A DNA stretch of 64,000 bases from contig PMYE01000174.1 in NCBI GenBank assembly GCA_003171315.1, positions 7,367 to 71,366 of the forward strand, read 5' to 3'. The first letter of the stretch is position 1. Every line of letters begins with the position of its first letter. A model generated the notes under the pieces. It did not search any database. It was not told the origin of the DNA and was given only the letters and a program-made list of their open reading frames with translations. The translations under genes and the position numbers were made by a program. Below are positions 48,270 to 56,700 of this stretch, piece after piece. This DNA comes from Acidobacteriaceae bacterium. Its GTDB lineage: Bacteria; Acidobacteriota; Terriglobia; Terriglobales; Acidobacteriaceae.

Positions 48270-49754
48270 GTGATCCAATTTCCTAAAATCATTCAGGGCG
48301 GAATGGGCGTCGGCGTGTCGAATTGGCGTCTTGCTCAGGCCGTCTCAAAACTCGGCCAGTTGGGCGTCGTGTCGGGCACGGCGCTGGATTCGGTCTTTGT
48401 GCGCCGGCTTGCGGACGGCGACCTGGGCGGGTACATGCGCCGGGGGCTGGATGCGTTTCCGTTTCCGGACATGGCGAAACGCATCTGGCAGGAGTATTTC
48501 GTGCCCGGCGGCAAGGCTGCCGGCGCGCCGTATAAGGCGCTGCCCATGCACCAGAAGAACGATACGCGCAAGCTCGTCGAGTTGTGCATGGTGAGCAACT
48601 TCGTCGAAGTTTTCCTGGCGCGACAAGGCCATAAGAATCCGGTGGGGATCAATTATCTTGAAAAGGTGCAGATCCCGCACTTGGCGTCGATTTATGGCGC
48701 CATGCTGGCCGGCGTGGGCTATGTGCTGATGGGCGCTGGGATACCGCTGCACATCCCCGGTGTCTTGGGCGCTTTTGCCGCGCAGCAGGCAGCAGAATAC
48801 CGCTTGGCTGTGACCGGCGCGGCGCAGGCGCAGTTTGCGAATTTGGACGAGCTGATGCGGCTCGATCCGGCGGAGTACGCGGAGGGACCGCTGCCGGCGC
48901 TCGACCGGCCCAGGTTTCTTGCCATCGTTTCGTCCAACACGCTGGCCGCAACCATGCTGCGCCGGGCCAACGGGCGCGTCGACGGGTTTGTGTACGAAAG
49001 CCCAACCGCGGGCGGGCACAATGCGCCGCCGCGGGGCAAGCTGCAACTCAACGCCGCCGGGGAGCCGCTCTATGGCGAGCGGGACCGGGTGAACGTGGCC
49101 GAACTGCGGGATCTCGGTGTTCCCTTCTGGCTGGCCGGCGGGTACGGCAGCGCAGTCAAGCTGCGCGAGGCGCTGGACCAGGGCGCCGCGGGAGTCCAGG
49201 TAGGAACCGCGTTCGCCTTCAGTCGGGAATCGGGCCTGAGGGCCGACCTGAAAGCGCGGCTGATCGGGCAGGCGATTGCCGGCGCCGGCGAGGTGTTTAC
49301 CGATCCGCTGGCTTCGCCTACCGGATTTCCTTTCAAAGTAGCGCAGCTCGATGGCACCACTTCGTCGGTACATGTTTACCAGGGCCGCAACCGGGTCTGC
49401 GATCTGGGTTACTTGCGCGAGCCGTATGCGTTGGGCGAAGGCGAGATCGGCTATCGCTGCTCGGCCGAACCGGTAGAAAACTACGTGGCCAAAGGCGGCA
49501 AAATCGAGGACACGGTGGGGCGTAAATGCCTGTGCAACACGCTGCTGGCGAATATCGGGCTCGCGCAGACGCGCAAGGATGGCTCGGTTGAGCCGGCTCT
49601 GGTGACGGTGGGCGACGACCTGAATACGATTGCGCAGTTCCTCGCGCCGGGACGCGAGAGCTACAGCGCGGCGGACGTAGTCGCTTCGCTGCTGAGCGCC
49701 CTGCCGGCCGAGCAGTCCGTCGAGTCCGGGAAATTGCTTGTGGCGTCTGCCTAG
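48270..49754 (+). CDS. nitronate monooxygenase / NPD-like FMN oxidoreductase family protein
   Basis: IIQGGMGVGVSNWRLAQAVSKLGQLGVVSG N-terminus, typical of 2-nitropropane-dioxygenase-like TIM barrels. GTG start. Confidence 0.78.
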   Translation: MIQFPKIIQGGMGVGVSNWRLAQAVSKLGQLGVVSGTALDSVFVRRLADGDLGGYMRRGLDAFPFPDMAKRIWQEYFVPGGKAAGAPYKALPMHQKNDTRKLVELCMVSNFVEVFLARQGHKNPVGINYLEKVQIPHLASIYGAMLAGVGYVLMGAGIPLHIPGVLGAFAAQQAAEYRLAVTGAAQAQFANLDELMRLDPAEYAEGPLPALDRPRFLAIVSSNTLAATMLRRANGRVDGFVYESPTAGGHNAPPRGKLQLNAAGEPLYGERDRVNVAELRDLGVPFWLAGGYGSAVKLREALDQGAAGVQVGTAFAFSRESGLRADLKARLIGQAIAGAGEVFTDPLASPTGFPFKVAQLDGTTSSVHVYQGRNRVCDLGYLREPYALGEGEIGYRCSAEPVENYVAKGGKIEDTVGRKCLCNTLLANIGLAQTRKDGSVEPALVTVGDDLNTIAQFLAPGRESYSAADVVASLLSALPAEQSVESGKLLVASA

Positions 49755-49959
49755 CCGGCCAACACGGCGCCGCTCCTGCTGCCGCGGCATCTCCGCCAGA
49801 GCTTGGTTCAGCTCCGCGATGGCCGCCAACTCATTCCGCACGCTCGGTGTCAGAAAATACGCTTGATTCGGGTGTAAACCTGGAATCGCGACACGCTTCT
49901 CATGTCGCCCGATTCTCCCGTGAATAACCAGTTCCTCGTGCCGTTCTCGCGCGGATACT

Positions 49960-52074
49960 TTAGCCGCGCACCGCCGGGAAAATGGTTACCCGCAACTGCG
50001 TCGAACCGTAAGGAACGAGAGACACCCGTTCGACAGTCTCGCTGACTTTGCTCACGCTCAAATCCGGCAGCGGCGGTGTGAATTTCTGGCTCGCATCATC
50101 CGGATTGGGGAGAAGTTCCCAGTCCTCGATCCTTCTTGCCGGCGCCGTAAGCGTGATGGGCGGATTCTCCCATGGGTCGTCCGCTCCATGCTGCGTCAGC
50201 GGTTTTCTCCTGATTTCAATTTCGCCGGCTAACTTCGTGGGATCAAACGCGATTCCGTAGTTCCACGCGCTGGCCGGCGTGGCCTCCCAACTGGGAAACT
50301 CGGTCGTTGTATACTTCGGCTCGACGAGCGAAGTCCAGTTCTCCTGGATCGGCAAGGAATACACAAGGGGCCCGCGTTCGATTGCGATGCCGTTCTGCGG
50401 CCATTGCGTAATCGCCACTTTCATCGGCAGAGTCAATGTCACCACGTCGCCGGGGTTGAAGCTGCGCTTCAAAACCAGAAATCCTTTGTGCGTCTTCGAC
50501 GCGGCAGCCGGTGCGCCATTCACCGTGAGTAGCGGCTCATTGCACCATGCGGGAATCCTCAAGGAAAGAGGGAACGTTACCGCGCGGCTGGTATTGATCC
50601 TGAAGTTGATCTGCTCATCGAATGGATAGTTCGTCGTTTGCACAATCTCAATCGGCTCGCGATCGGGTCCCACCGTGGCATTCACCTTTGATGGGCCATA
50701 GAGAACCGCCGCCAGCCCGCCGTCTTCGCCTTTCATCCACATGCGGATGACATAGTTGGGAAAGATGCGATGAACATTTCCGCCGCAGCAGGCAATGTCT
50801 TGTCCGGGATTCGGCTGATAGGCCATCTTGCGGCCGCCGAAATCCCTCGTATGGGGGTCGTTGTGGTCGGAGTTGAGCGTGGCCAGGAATTGGTTGGGAC
50901 AGGAGAAGTATTGCACCGCTTTCCAGTCGTTCTTGATGGCCCCCGGCGCAGCATTGAAACAGGCCCGCTCCACGCGATCGGCCCAGATTGCATCTCCAGT
51001 GGCCATCAGCATGTAACCCCACGACCAAGTGTGGTCGGAGATGTCGCAGGTTTCATGGGAATCGCGCGAGGTGACGGTGCGGTACCACTCCGTAGTGGAG
51101 GGGATGCCGTCGATCAGCATATGGTGGTCGAAGATGCGGCGTTCGGCTGCGAGCGCGAACTTGAGATACTCATCCTTGCCTGTATAGAGATAGAGAATGG
51201 CCGGCAGTTTCATGGTCTCGGCGTAGGTGCAGCCGTGGGCAATGATGGGAGTGGCGCCAAAAACACGCAGCGCCGACAGGTCTCCATGATCCGGGTCGGC
51301 AGCCACCTTCATGTACTCCTGCCACGCATTCTCGGCCAGGGAAAGCAAACGGGGATCGCCGGTGCGCCCGTAACACCACAGAATAGCTTCGATGTTGGTG
51401 ACATTTCTGACCGGCGTTCCGTAAGAAGCCTTGTCGCCCAGGTAGTGACTTCGCATTTCCTCGGCGACGCGCGCGGCGGTTGCCCCTCTTAATGGTGACT
51501 GGGCATCCGAGTATGCAGCCAGGCCCCGGAAGAAGACGTTCTGCGGCCAGCGATGATCATCGCCCACCGGATCTTTGAATAACATTGGTCCGAGATACCC
51601 GTCGGCGGCAGCGTGGGACAGCGTGTAGTCGATGGGTATTCGCACCTGCGCCATGAGCTGTTCATCCTGAAGGACGATGGCTAAGCGGGTCGCTCCATCG
51701 ATCCAATAGCCCTTCTGCTCCCAAGGCCCCCAAGATAGGTCGCTAGGCACCTCGGTTTCGCCGTTTTCGCTGCCGGCCCAAAACGCCTCGGTAAATGGCT
51801 GCGAGACTTGCGGCAGCTTCGACCCCAACTGCGACGCCTGTTTTTCCATGTACCCGCGCAGCCATCCTTCAGGCTGAACGGCTCCAGGCGGCAACGGGCG
51901 CAATACACCATAGGTATGCGAAGCCGAATCCGCCTCCACCCCCTCTACCACCCGGCTCGATCCCGCGATTAGCGCGGAACTCATTAAGGCGATGCGAATG
52001 AATTCGCGGCGGTTCAGTTCATTTTCTTGAAGATTGAGTTCTGGTTTCATCGCGGCCTCTTTTGCGGATACCAT
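49960..52074 (-). CDS. glycoside hydrolase family 127 (beta-L-arabinofuranosidase, DUF1680) with Tat signal
   Basis: Twin-arginine leader NRREFIRIALMSSALIAG. GH127 zinc/nucleophile signature SHETCD and IACCGGN. Start may be MKPELN (52050). Confidence 0.85.
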   Translation of the reverse strand: MVSAKEAAMKPELNLQENELNRREFIRIALMSSALIAGSSRVVEGVEADSASHTYGVLRPLPPGAVQPEGWLRGYMEKQASQLGSKLPQVSQPFTEAFWAGSENGETEVPSDLSWGPWEQKGYWIDGATRLAIVLQDEQLMAQVRIPIDYTLSHAAADGYLGPMLFKDPVGDDHRWPQNVFFRGLAAYSDAQSPLRGATAARVAEEMRSHYLGDKASYGTPVRNVTNIEAILWCYGRTGDPRLLSLAENAWQEYMKVAADPDHGDLSALRVFGATPIIAHGCTYAETMKLPAILYLYTGKDEYLKFALAAERRIFDHHMLIDGIPSTTEWYRTVTSRDSHETCDISDHTWSWGYMLMATGDAIWADRVERACFNAAPGAIKNDWKAVQYFSCPNQFLATLNSDHNDPHTRDFGGRKMAYQPNPGQDIACCGGNVHRIFPNYVIRMWMKGEDGGLAAVLYGPSKVNATVGPDREPIEIVQTTNYPFDEQINFRINTSRAVTFPLSLRIPAWCNEPLLTVNGAPAAASKTHKGFLVLKRSFNPGDVVTLTLPMKVAITQWPQNGIAIERGPLVYSLPIQENWTSLVEPKYTTTEFPSWEATPASAWNYGIAFDPTKLAGEIEIRRKPLTQHGADDPWENPPITLTAPARRIEDWELLPNPDDASQKFTPPLPDLSVSKVSETVERVSLVPYGSTQLRVTIFPAVRG

Positions 52075-52317
52075 TTTAGCAGTTGGATTGCCAGAGGACG
52101 AATCTTAGCATAGGGGTTCGCCTACGGGATACAGTTCACAAAAGCTTGAGCGCCCGCACGTCGGCCCGCGTGGCCATGCCGGACCTGGCAACCGGAACTT
52201 CGACTGGCTTTCCACGCCGGTTCGCATCCCCAGGCCCAGGCCTGTTATGGTCAGTGAGGAATCCGTTTCCGAACATCCCAAGAGATCAATGAACCCACCT
52301 TAGGAACTCGCATCGAC

Positions 52318-53568
52318 ATGTGGAAGCGCTGGCGAATCCGGATCCTGCTCTTTCTGGCCGTTCTCGGCCCCGGGTTCATTACCGCCAATGTCGATAACGA
52401 CTCCGGCGGCATCCTCACCTACTCCCAGGCCGGCGCGCAGTATGGCTACACCCTGCTGTGGACCATGATTCCCATCACCATCGCCCTCATTGTGGTGCAG
52501 GAGATGTGCGCCCGCATGGGCGTGGTCACAGGCAAAGGCCTCAGCGACCTCATCCGCGAGGAGTTCGGCCTGCGCCTCACGTTCGTGCTCATGGCGTTGC
52601 TGGTGGTGGTCAATTACACCAACGTAGTCACTGAGTTCATCGGCATCACCGGCTCACTGCACCTGTTTCATGTCTCCAAGTTCATCTCCGTGCCCATATG
52701 CGCCATGCTGGTGTGGGTTCTGGTGCTGCGCGGCGACTACAAAAGCACGGAAAAAATCTTCCTCACTGCCTCGCTCGTCTATATCGCCTACATCTTTGCC
52801 GGCATTCTCGCCCAGCCTGACTGGCACGAGTCGCTCCGCGCGACCATTACGCTGCCCGCCAAATCCGTCTGGAGCGGCAAGGCGTACGTCTATATGGCTA
52901 TCGGCGTCGTCGGCACCACCATCGCTCCGTGGATGCAGTTCTACCTTCAATCGTCGATCGTGGAGAAGGGCGTTCCCGTGAAAGATTATCCCGCTTCGCG
53001 GCTCGACGTGATCGTTGGCTGTTTCTTTACCGACATCATTGCCTGGTTCATCATCGTAGCTTGCGCGGCCACGCTCTACGTGCACGGCATGGGAGCCATC
53101 CAGGTGGCTTCCGACGCGGCCGAAGCCATGCGTCCGCTGGCTGGCGATTATGCCTTCGTCCTATTTGCCTTTGGGCTCTTCAACGCCTCGATCTTTGCTG
53201 CCTCCATCCTTCCCCTCTCCACGGCCTACACCGTCTGCGAAGGGCTGGGCGTCGAATCGGGCGTCGACAAGAATTTCCGCCAAGCGCCGTTCTTCTACTG
53301 GCTCTACACGCTGCTCATCGCCGGCGGAGCCGTCACGGTCCTGCTGCTGCCCGATTCGCAGTTGATCAATGTCGCGATTCTCTCCCAGGTGCTCAACGGC
53401 GTTCTGCTCCCGGTGGTCATCATTCTCATGCTGCTCCTCATCAACCGCACCGACCTGATGGGCGAACACAAAAACTCGCGCCTGTGGAACTGGATCGCTT
53501 GGGCCACCAGCATCATTGTCATCGGGTTGACGCTGGCCATGCTGTGGGGTCTGATGCCGGGACACTGA
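52318..53568 (+). CDS. Nramp (SLC11) family divalent cation transporter, NRMT-like metal site
   Basis: 11-12 TM protein. The TM1 motif is VDNDSGG in place of DPGN, and TM6 is GTTIAPW in place of GATIMPH. QAGAQYGYTLLW is conserved. Confidence 0.88.
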   Translation: MWKRWRIRILLFLAVLGPGFITANVDNDSGGILTYSQAGAQYGYTLLWTMIPITIALIVVQEMCARMGVVTGKGLSDLIREEFGLRLTFVLMALLVVVNYTNVVTEFIGITGSLHLFHVSKFISVPICAMLVWVLVLRGDYKSTEKIFLTASLVYIAYIFAGILAQPDWHESLRATITLPAKSVWSGKAYVYMAIGVVGTTIAPWMQFYLQSSIVEKGVPVKDYPASRLDVIVGCFFTDIIAWFIIVACAATLYVHGMGAIQVASDAAEAMRPLAGDYAFVLFAFGLFNASIFAASILPLSTAYTVCEGLGVESGVDKNFRQAPFFYWLYTLLIAGGAVTVLLLPDSQLINVAILSQVLNGVLLPVVIILMLLLINRTDLMGEHKNSRLWNWIAWATSIIVIGLTLAMLWGLMPGH

Positions 53569-53579
53569 GGGGCTTTAGG

Positions 53580-54293
53580 ATGGACGCATTTGTATTAGGA
53601 ATAGACGGTTGCCATTCTGGTTGGCTCGTCTGCCGCTATGAAGTCTCGACGCAGCGCATCGGCTTCCGAGTATTCTCAAGTTTTGGAGAGGCTTTGAAAT
53701 GCAATGAGAGCGCCAAATGTGTCGCTGTTGATATTCCCATTGGTTTATGGAACGACGGACAACACCGATGCTGTGATATTGAAGCACGGCGACTCCTTGC
53801 ACCTAACCGAAGCAGCAGCGTATTTCCAGCTCCATTTAGGAGCCTGCTTGACGCACGCAATTACGTCGATGCCTGTGAATTGTCGCGCAAGCTTTTCGGC
53901 AAGGGCGTCACGAAGCAGTCATATGCAATCTATCCGAAGGTTGCTGAGGTGGATACTCTGATGACCCCGAAACTTCAAGAGTGGGTCTTTGAGGTTCACC
54001 CTGAACTCTGTTTTTGGAGGTTTAACCGCCTGCCGATGTTGCATCGGAAGAAATCTCGGGAGGGTTACGATGAGCGGCGCCTTCTGCTGAGCGCTTGTGG
54101 AATAGAACTCCCGCAATGCTCTAATTGGCGAGAGGCTGCACAGGGTGGGCTCGTCGGCGCAAGTCGGGACGATGTCCTCGACGCGGCGATCGCTGCTCAA
54201 ACTGCTTACCGAAGGCACTGCGGAAAGACCGAGAGCCTCCCGCGTCAGCCCGTAGTCGATGAAAAAGGCCTACGAATGGAGATGATTTACTGA
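53580..54293 (+). CDS. DUF429 domain-containing protein
   Basis: MDAFVLGIDGCHSGWLV...VAVDIPIGL...DVLDAAIAA layout typical of DUF429. Low G+C. The ATG lies 11 nt after the Nramp stop. The upstream part of the 454-aa track ORF overlaps the Nramp gene out of frame and is discarded. Confidence 0.75.
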   Translation: MDAFVLGIDGCHSGWLVCRYEVSTQRIGFRVFSSFGEALKCNESAKCVAVDIPIGLWNDGQHRCCDIEARRLLAPNRSSSVFPAPFRSLLDARNYVDACELSRKLFGKGVTKQSYAIYPKVAEVDTLMTPKLQEWVFEVHPELCFWRFNRLPMLHRKKSREGYDERRLLLSACGIELPQCSNWREAAQGGLVGASRDDVLDAAIAAQTAYRRHCGKTESLPRQPVVDEKGLRMEMIY

Positions 54294-54388
54294 TTCCGTG
54301 TCGGGCGCACGGGTCGAGATTCTCGGACCAGAAAAGAATCACGGAGTCCTACCAACCATGCCGAAGGCACCCGCCCCACAGCAGGTGG

Positions 54389-54940
54389 TTACAGCAGCTT
54401 CCCCGCCGCCAGATCCCGAATCAGCCCGCGGTCCGCGGCCAGAAACTCGTAGCCGGTCAGGTCCTCAAGCTTCACCCAGCGCACCTGCTGGTAGATCCGG
54501 TTATCGATCTCGCCCGTAAACTCGCGCACCGCAAAGAACTGCAGGTCCACAGCGCCGCCACGGCGATAGTTGTGCCGGATGCGCGTTACTGCGGGACCCA
54601 CTTCGGCGCGAATGCCGAGCTCCTCGCTTAGCTCGCGAACCAGCGCTTCCTGAGGGCTCTCGCCGGGCTCGATCTTTCCGCCCGGAAACTCCCACAACGA
54701 CCCCATGGGCTGTTCCGCCCGCCTCTGTCCGATCAATACCTCTCTGTCGCGCACAATCAGTGCGGCGGCCACAAAGCGGAGGGCGGGACCGGGAGTGTGC
54801 GTTCTTGTCTTTGGCGGCTTCTCATTCACGCCTTCCAGTGTAAATGACAGAAAAGAAGGTGCGAACTGAAGAATTCGCCCTTCGGATTCTGCCCTCCGCA
54901 TCCGGCGGCAATCATTGCTTGAATGCTGGGGAACCGGCAA
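54389..54940 (-). CDS. NUDIX hydrolase (MutT-like)
   Basis: Nudix box GGKIEPGESPQEALVRELSEELG. The N-terminal extension and start are uncertain. Confidence 0.85.
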   Translation of the reverse strand: MPVPQHSSNDCRRMRRAESEGRILQFAPSFLSFTLEGVNEKPPKTRTHTPGPALRFVAAALIVRDREVLIGQRRAEQPMGSLWEFPGGKIEPGESPQEALVRELSEELGIRAEVGPAVTRIRHNYRRGGAVDLQFFAVREFTGEIDNRIYQQVRWVKLEDLTGYEFLAADRGLIRDLAAGKLL

Positions 54941-54948
54941 TTCCAGCT

Positions 54949-55725
54949 CTATTCCCCTCCCACAGCGGCTTCCACGCCCTCGGCGCCCTGCGGCTTGAAG
55001 TAGCCCCAGCCCCTCTTTGCCGCCTCCGCAAGCAGCGCCGGAGACGGGTTTACCGGGAAGGGGCAGCGCGCCATCTCCAGCATCGCCAGGTCGTGGATCG
55101 AGTTGCCAAACACCGCATCGGGAGCGGGCACTCCCACGCGCCTCAGCGCTGTTGCTTTGGCCTCGTCCGTGGGCACGTCAACAAGCTCGCTGGAGATCAT
55201 GCCGTCCTTGACGCGCACTTCGGCCGCCAGAATTCTCTCCTCTGGGATGCCGAAATCGCGCAGCCCCTCGGCGACCACCCACCGGTTTGTCGAGCTCACC
55301 GCCCAAAGCTCGATCCCAGCCTGCCTCATCTTTTCTATCAGCGCCAGCATCTCAGCAAAGATGCGCCTGCGCACGAATTCGTCCACATAGCGTGCGGCGG
55401 CGGCTTCGAGTTCGCTGTCCCGCAAGCCCGCGTACATCTGCACCATCTCGCCGCACATGGTCTCTTCGCTCACGCTGCCCGCCCGGTAGGCGCGATAGCG
55501 CGTATCGATCCAGTCGTTGGTCGAGCGAGACACCAACCCCTGTTCCAGCGACCAGGCCATGAATCCGTACCCCGCGTCGCCGCTCCAGAGGGTTCCGTCG
55601 CAATCGAACACTGCGGCCTTCGGCTTGCACTCGAAGACCAGCCGTTCAAACTCATTGGCGGTCCATGGGTGAATTCCAGTCTGGGTGGGCGTCAATCGTT
55701 TTTCAGCCTCGTCTGAAGGATGCAT
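54949..55725 (-). CDS. HAD-IB family hydrolase
   Basis: DxDxT motif VFDCDGTLW, cap-domain length consistent with HAD-IB, and C-terminal GNSIHD. Confidence 0.8.
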   Translation of the reverse strand: MHPSDEAEKRLTPTQTGIHPWTANEFERLVFECKPKAAVFDCDGTLWSGDAGYGFMAWSLEQGLVSRSTNDWIDTRYRAYRAGSVSEETMCGEMVQMYAGLRDSELEAAAARYVDEFVRRRIFAEMLALIEKMRQAGIELWAVSSTNRWVVAEGLRDFGIPEERILAAEVRVKDGMISSELVDVPTDEAKATALRRVGVPAPDAVFGNSIHDLAMLEMARCPFPVNPSPALLAEAAKRGWGYFKPQGAEGVEAAVGGE

Positions 55726-55813
55726 CCGATTCTATTTTCGTCCATGCAGGCCGGGTTTAGCATGTACGCGAGGGTAATGGATCGTGTACCTGCGCGAACG
55801 AGTCTGCTCTGTC

Positions 55814-56698
55814 TCAGGCTGAGCGGCCCTCCGCCTCCCAGCGCCGCCGCGCCTCGCTGAAGCTCTCGCGCGCGATGCGCACTAAAACCAGCGACTGCTC
55901 CCAGCGATCGGATTCTTCCTTGCCCATGAAGGTTCGCGCATAGTAGATATCCGGCCCCAGCAACTCCGGCGCGAAGCAAAACCGATCCGCCTGCAGCCTT
56001 CGGCGTAAGAACCCGAGAAACGACTCGGTCCAGAGAGCGCGAAAGTGGCTCACGTAAGGGCGCCCGTCCGCGCTTCCGTCGCCCACATCCACCTGCATCG
56101 AGCCGGGATTCCCGATGCGTCCGTGGAGAAACGCAACGCGGCCCAGAACGGGGCGAATGAACTCCATCTTGTTCTCGAAGCCGCCGTAGACCATCTCCAA
56201 TCCCGTGTACCAGTGCGAAAAATCGCCGTTGAATTCGAGGCTCGGAAATTTCTTCAGGAATCCAACCGTTCGCCATGGATCCTGAAAGATCGTTGCGCGG
56301 TGCGTCTCCGGATAGAGTGGGACGGAATACTTCGCTTGCGCTTCCAAAACGGCTCCGATCAGCGCCGCCGCCTCCGCATCGCCCTCCAGGCCCCAACCCA
56401 CGTGAAGCGTCAGGCACTCCAATCCCTCATCGCGCGCTTCCTTGGCCAGCGGCCCGGCTTCGGCCGGCGTGTTCACGCGTCCGCTGCCGCAAACGCCGAG
56501 GCCCATGCGTAGCGCCTCGTCCTTCAGCGCGCGCTCCAGCGGCTGGATGAACTGCACGCCGTCATATCCCGCGCCGCGAATCGCTTGCAGCGGATCGCGC
56601 GTTTTTTGCGGCAGTCCGTTGAGCGCCAGGATGTTCATGAAGCAGCGCAGGCGCGGATCGCGGGCGATCGATACGTTATTCTCATCGGCAATCGTCAT
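55814..56698 (-). CDS. sugar phosphate isomerase/epimerase (xylose-isomerase-like TIM barrel)
   Basis: 294 aa with an AP-endonuclease-2/XI-like TIM-barrel pattern (...GYDGVQF...LTLHVGWG...). It starts 2 nt after the upstream gene stop. Confidence 0.75.
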   Translation of the reverse strand: MTIADENNVSIARDPRLRCFMNILALNGLPQKTRDPLQAIRGAGYDGVQFIQPLERALKDEALRMGLGVCGSGRVNTPAEAGPLAKEARDEGLECLTLHVGWGLEGDAEAAALIGAVLEAQAKYSVPLYPETHRATIFQDPWRTVGFLKKFPSLEFNGDFSHWYTGLEMVYGGFENKMEFIRPVLGRVAFLHGRIGNPGSMQVDVGDGSADGRPYVSHFRALWTESFLGFLRRRLQADRFCFAPELLGPDIYYARTFMGKEESDRWEQSLVLVRIARESFSEARRRWEAEGRSA

Positions 56699-56700
56699 CG

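Noticed and set aside
48345-49841. 498-aa ORF on the minus strand
   Set aside because: It is entirely antisense to the well-supported NMO-family gene (48270-49754). Its composition is Arg/Ala/Gly/Pro-rich and low-complexity, typical of shadow ORFs in high-G+C DNA, and no motif was recognised.
49755-49959. Possible gene remnant in the NMO-GH127 spacer (minus-strand peptide ...VRNELAAIAELNQALAEMPRQQ...)
   Set aside because: It is short and has no start/stop structure independent of the antisense shadow ORF. No family was recognised, so evidence is insufficient.
52075-52317. Mn-sensing (yybP-ykoY) or other riboswitch upstream of the Nramp gene
   Set aside because: No recognisable conserved riboswitch core was seen, so no claim is made.
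52929-53579. N-terminal 217 aa of the 454-aa ORF containing DUF429
   Set aside because: It overlaps the Nramp gene in a different frame. The DUF429-like sequence and the drop in G+C both begin at the ATG at 53580.
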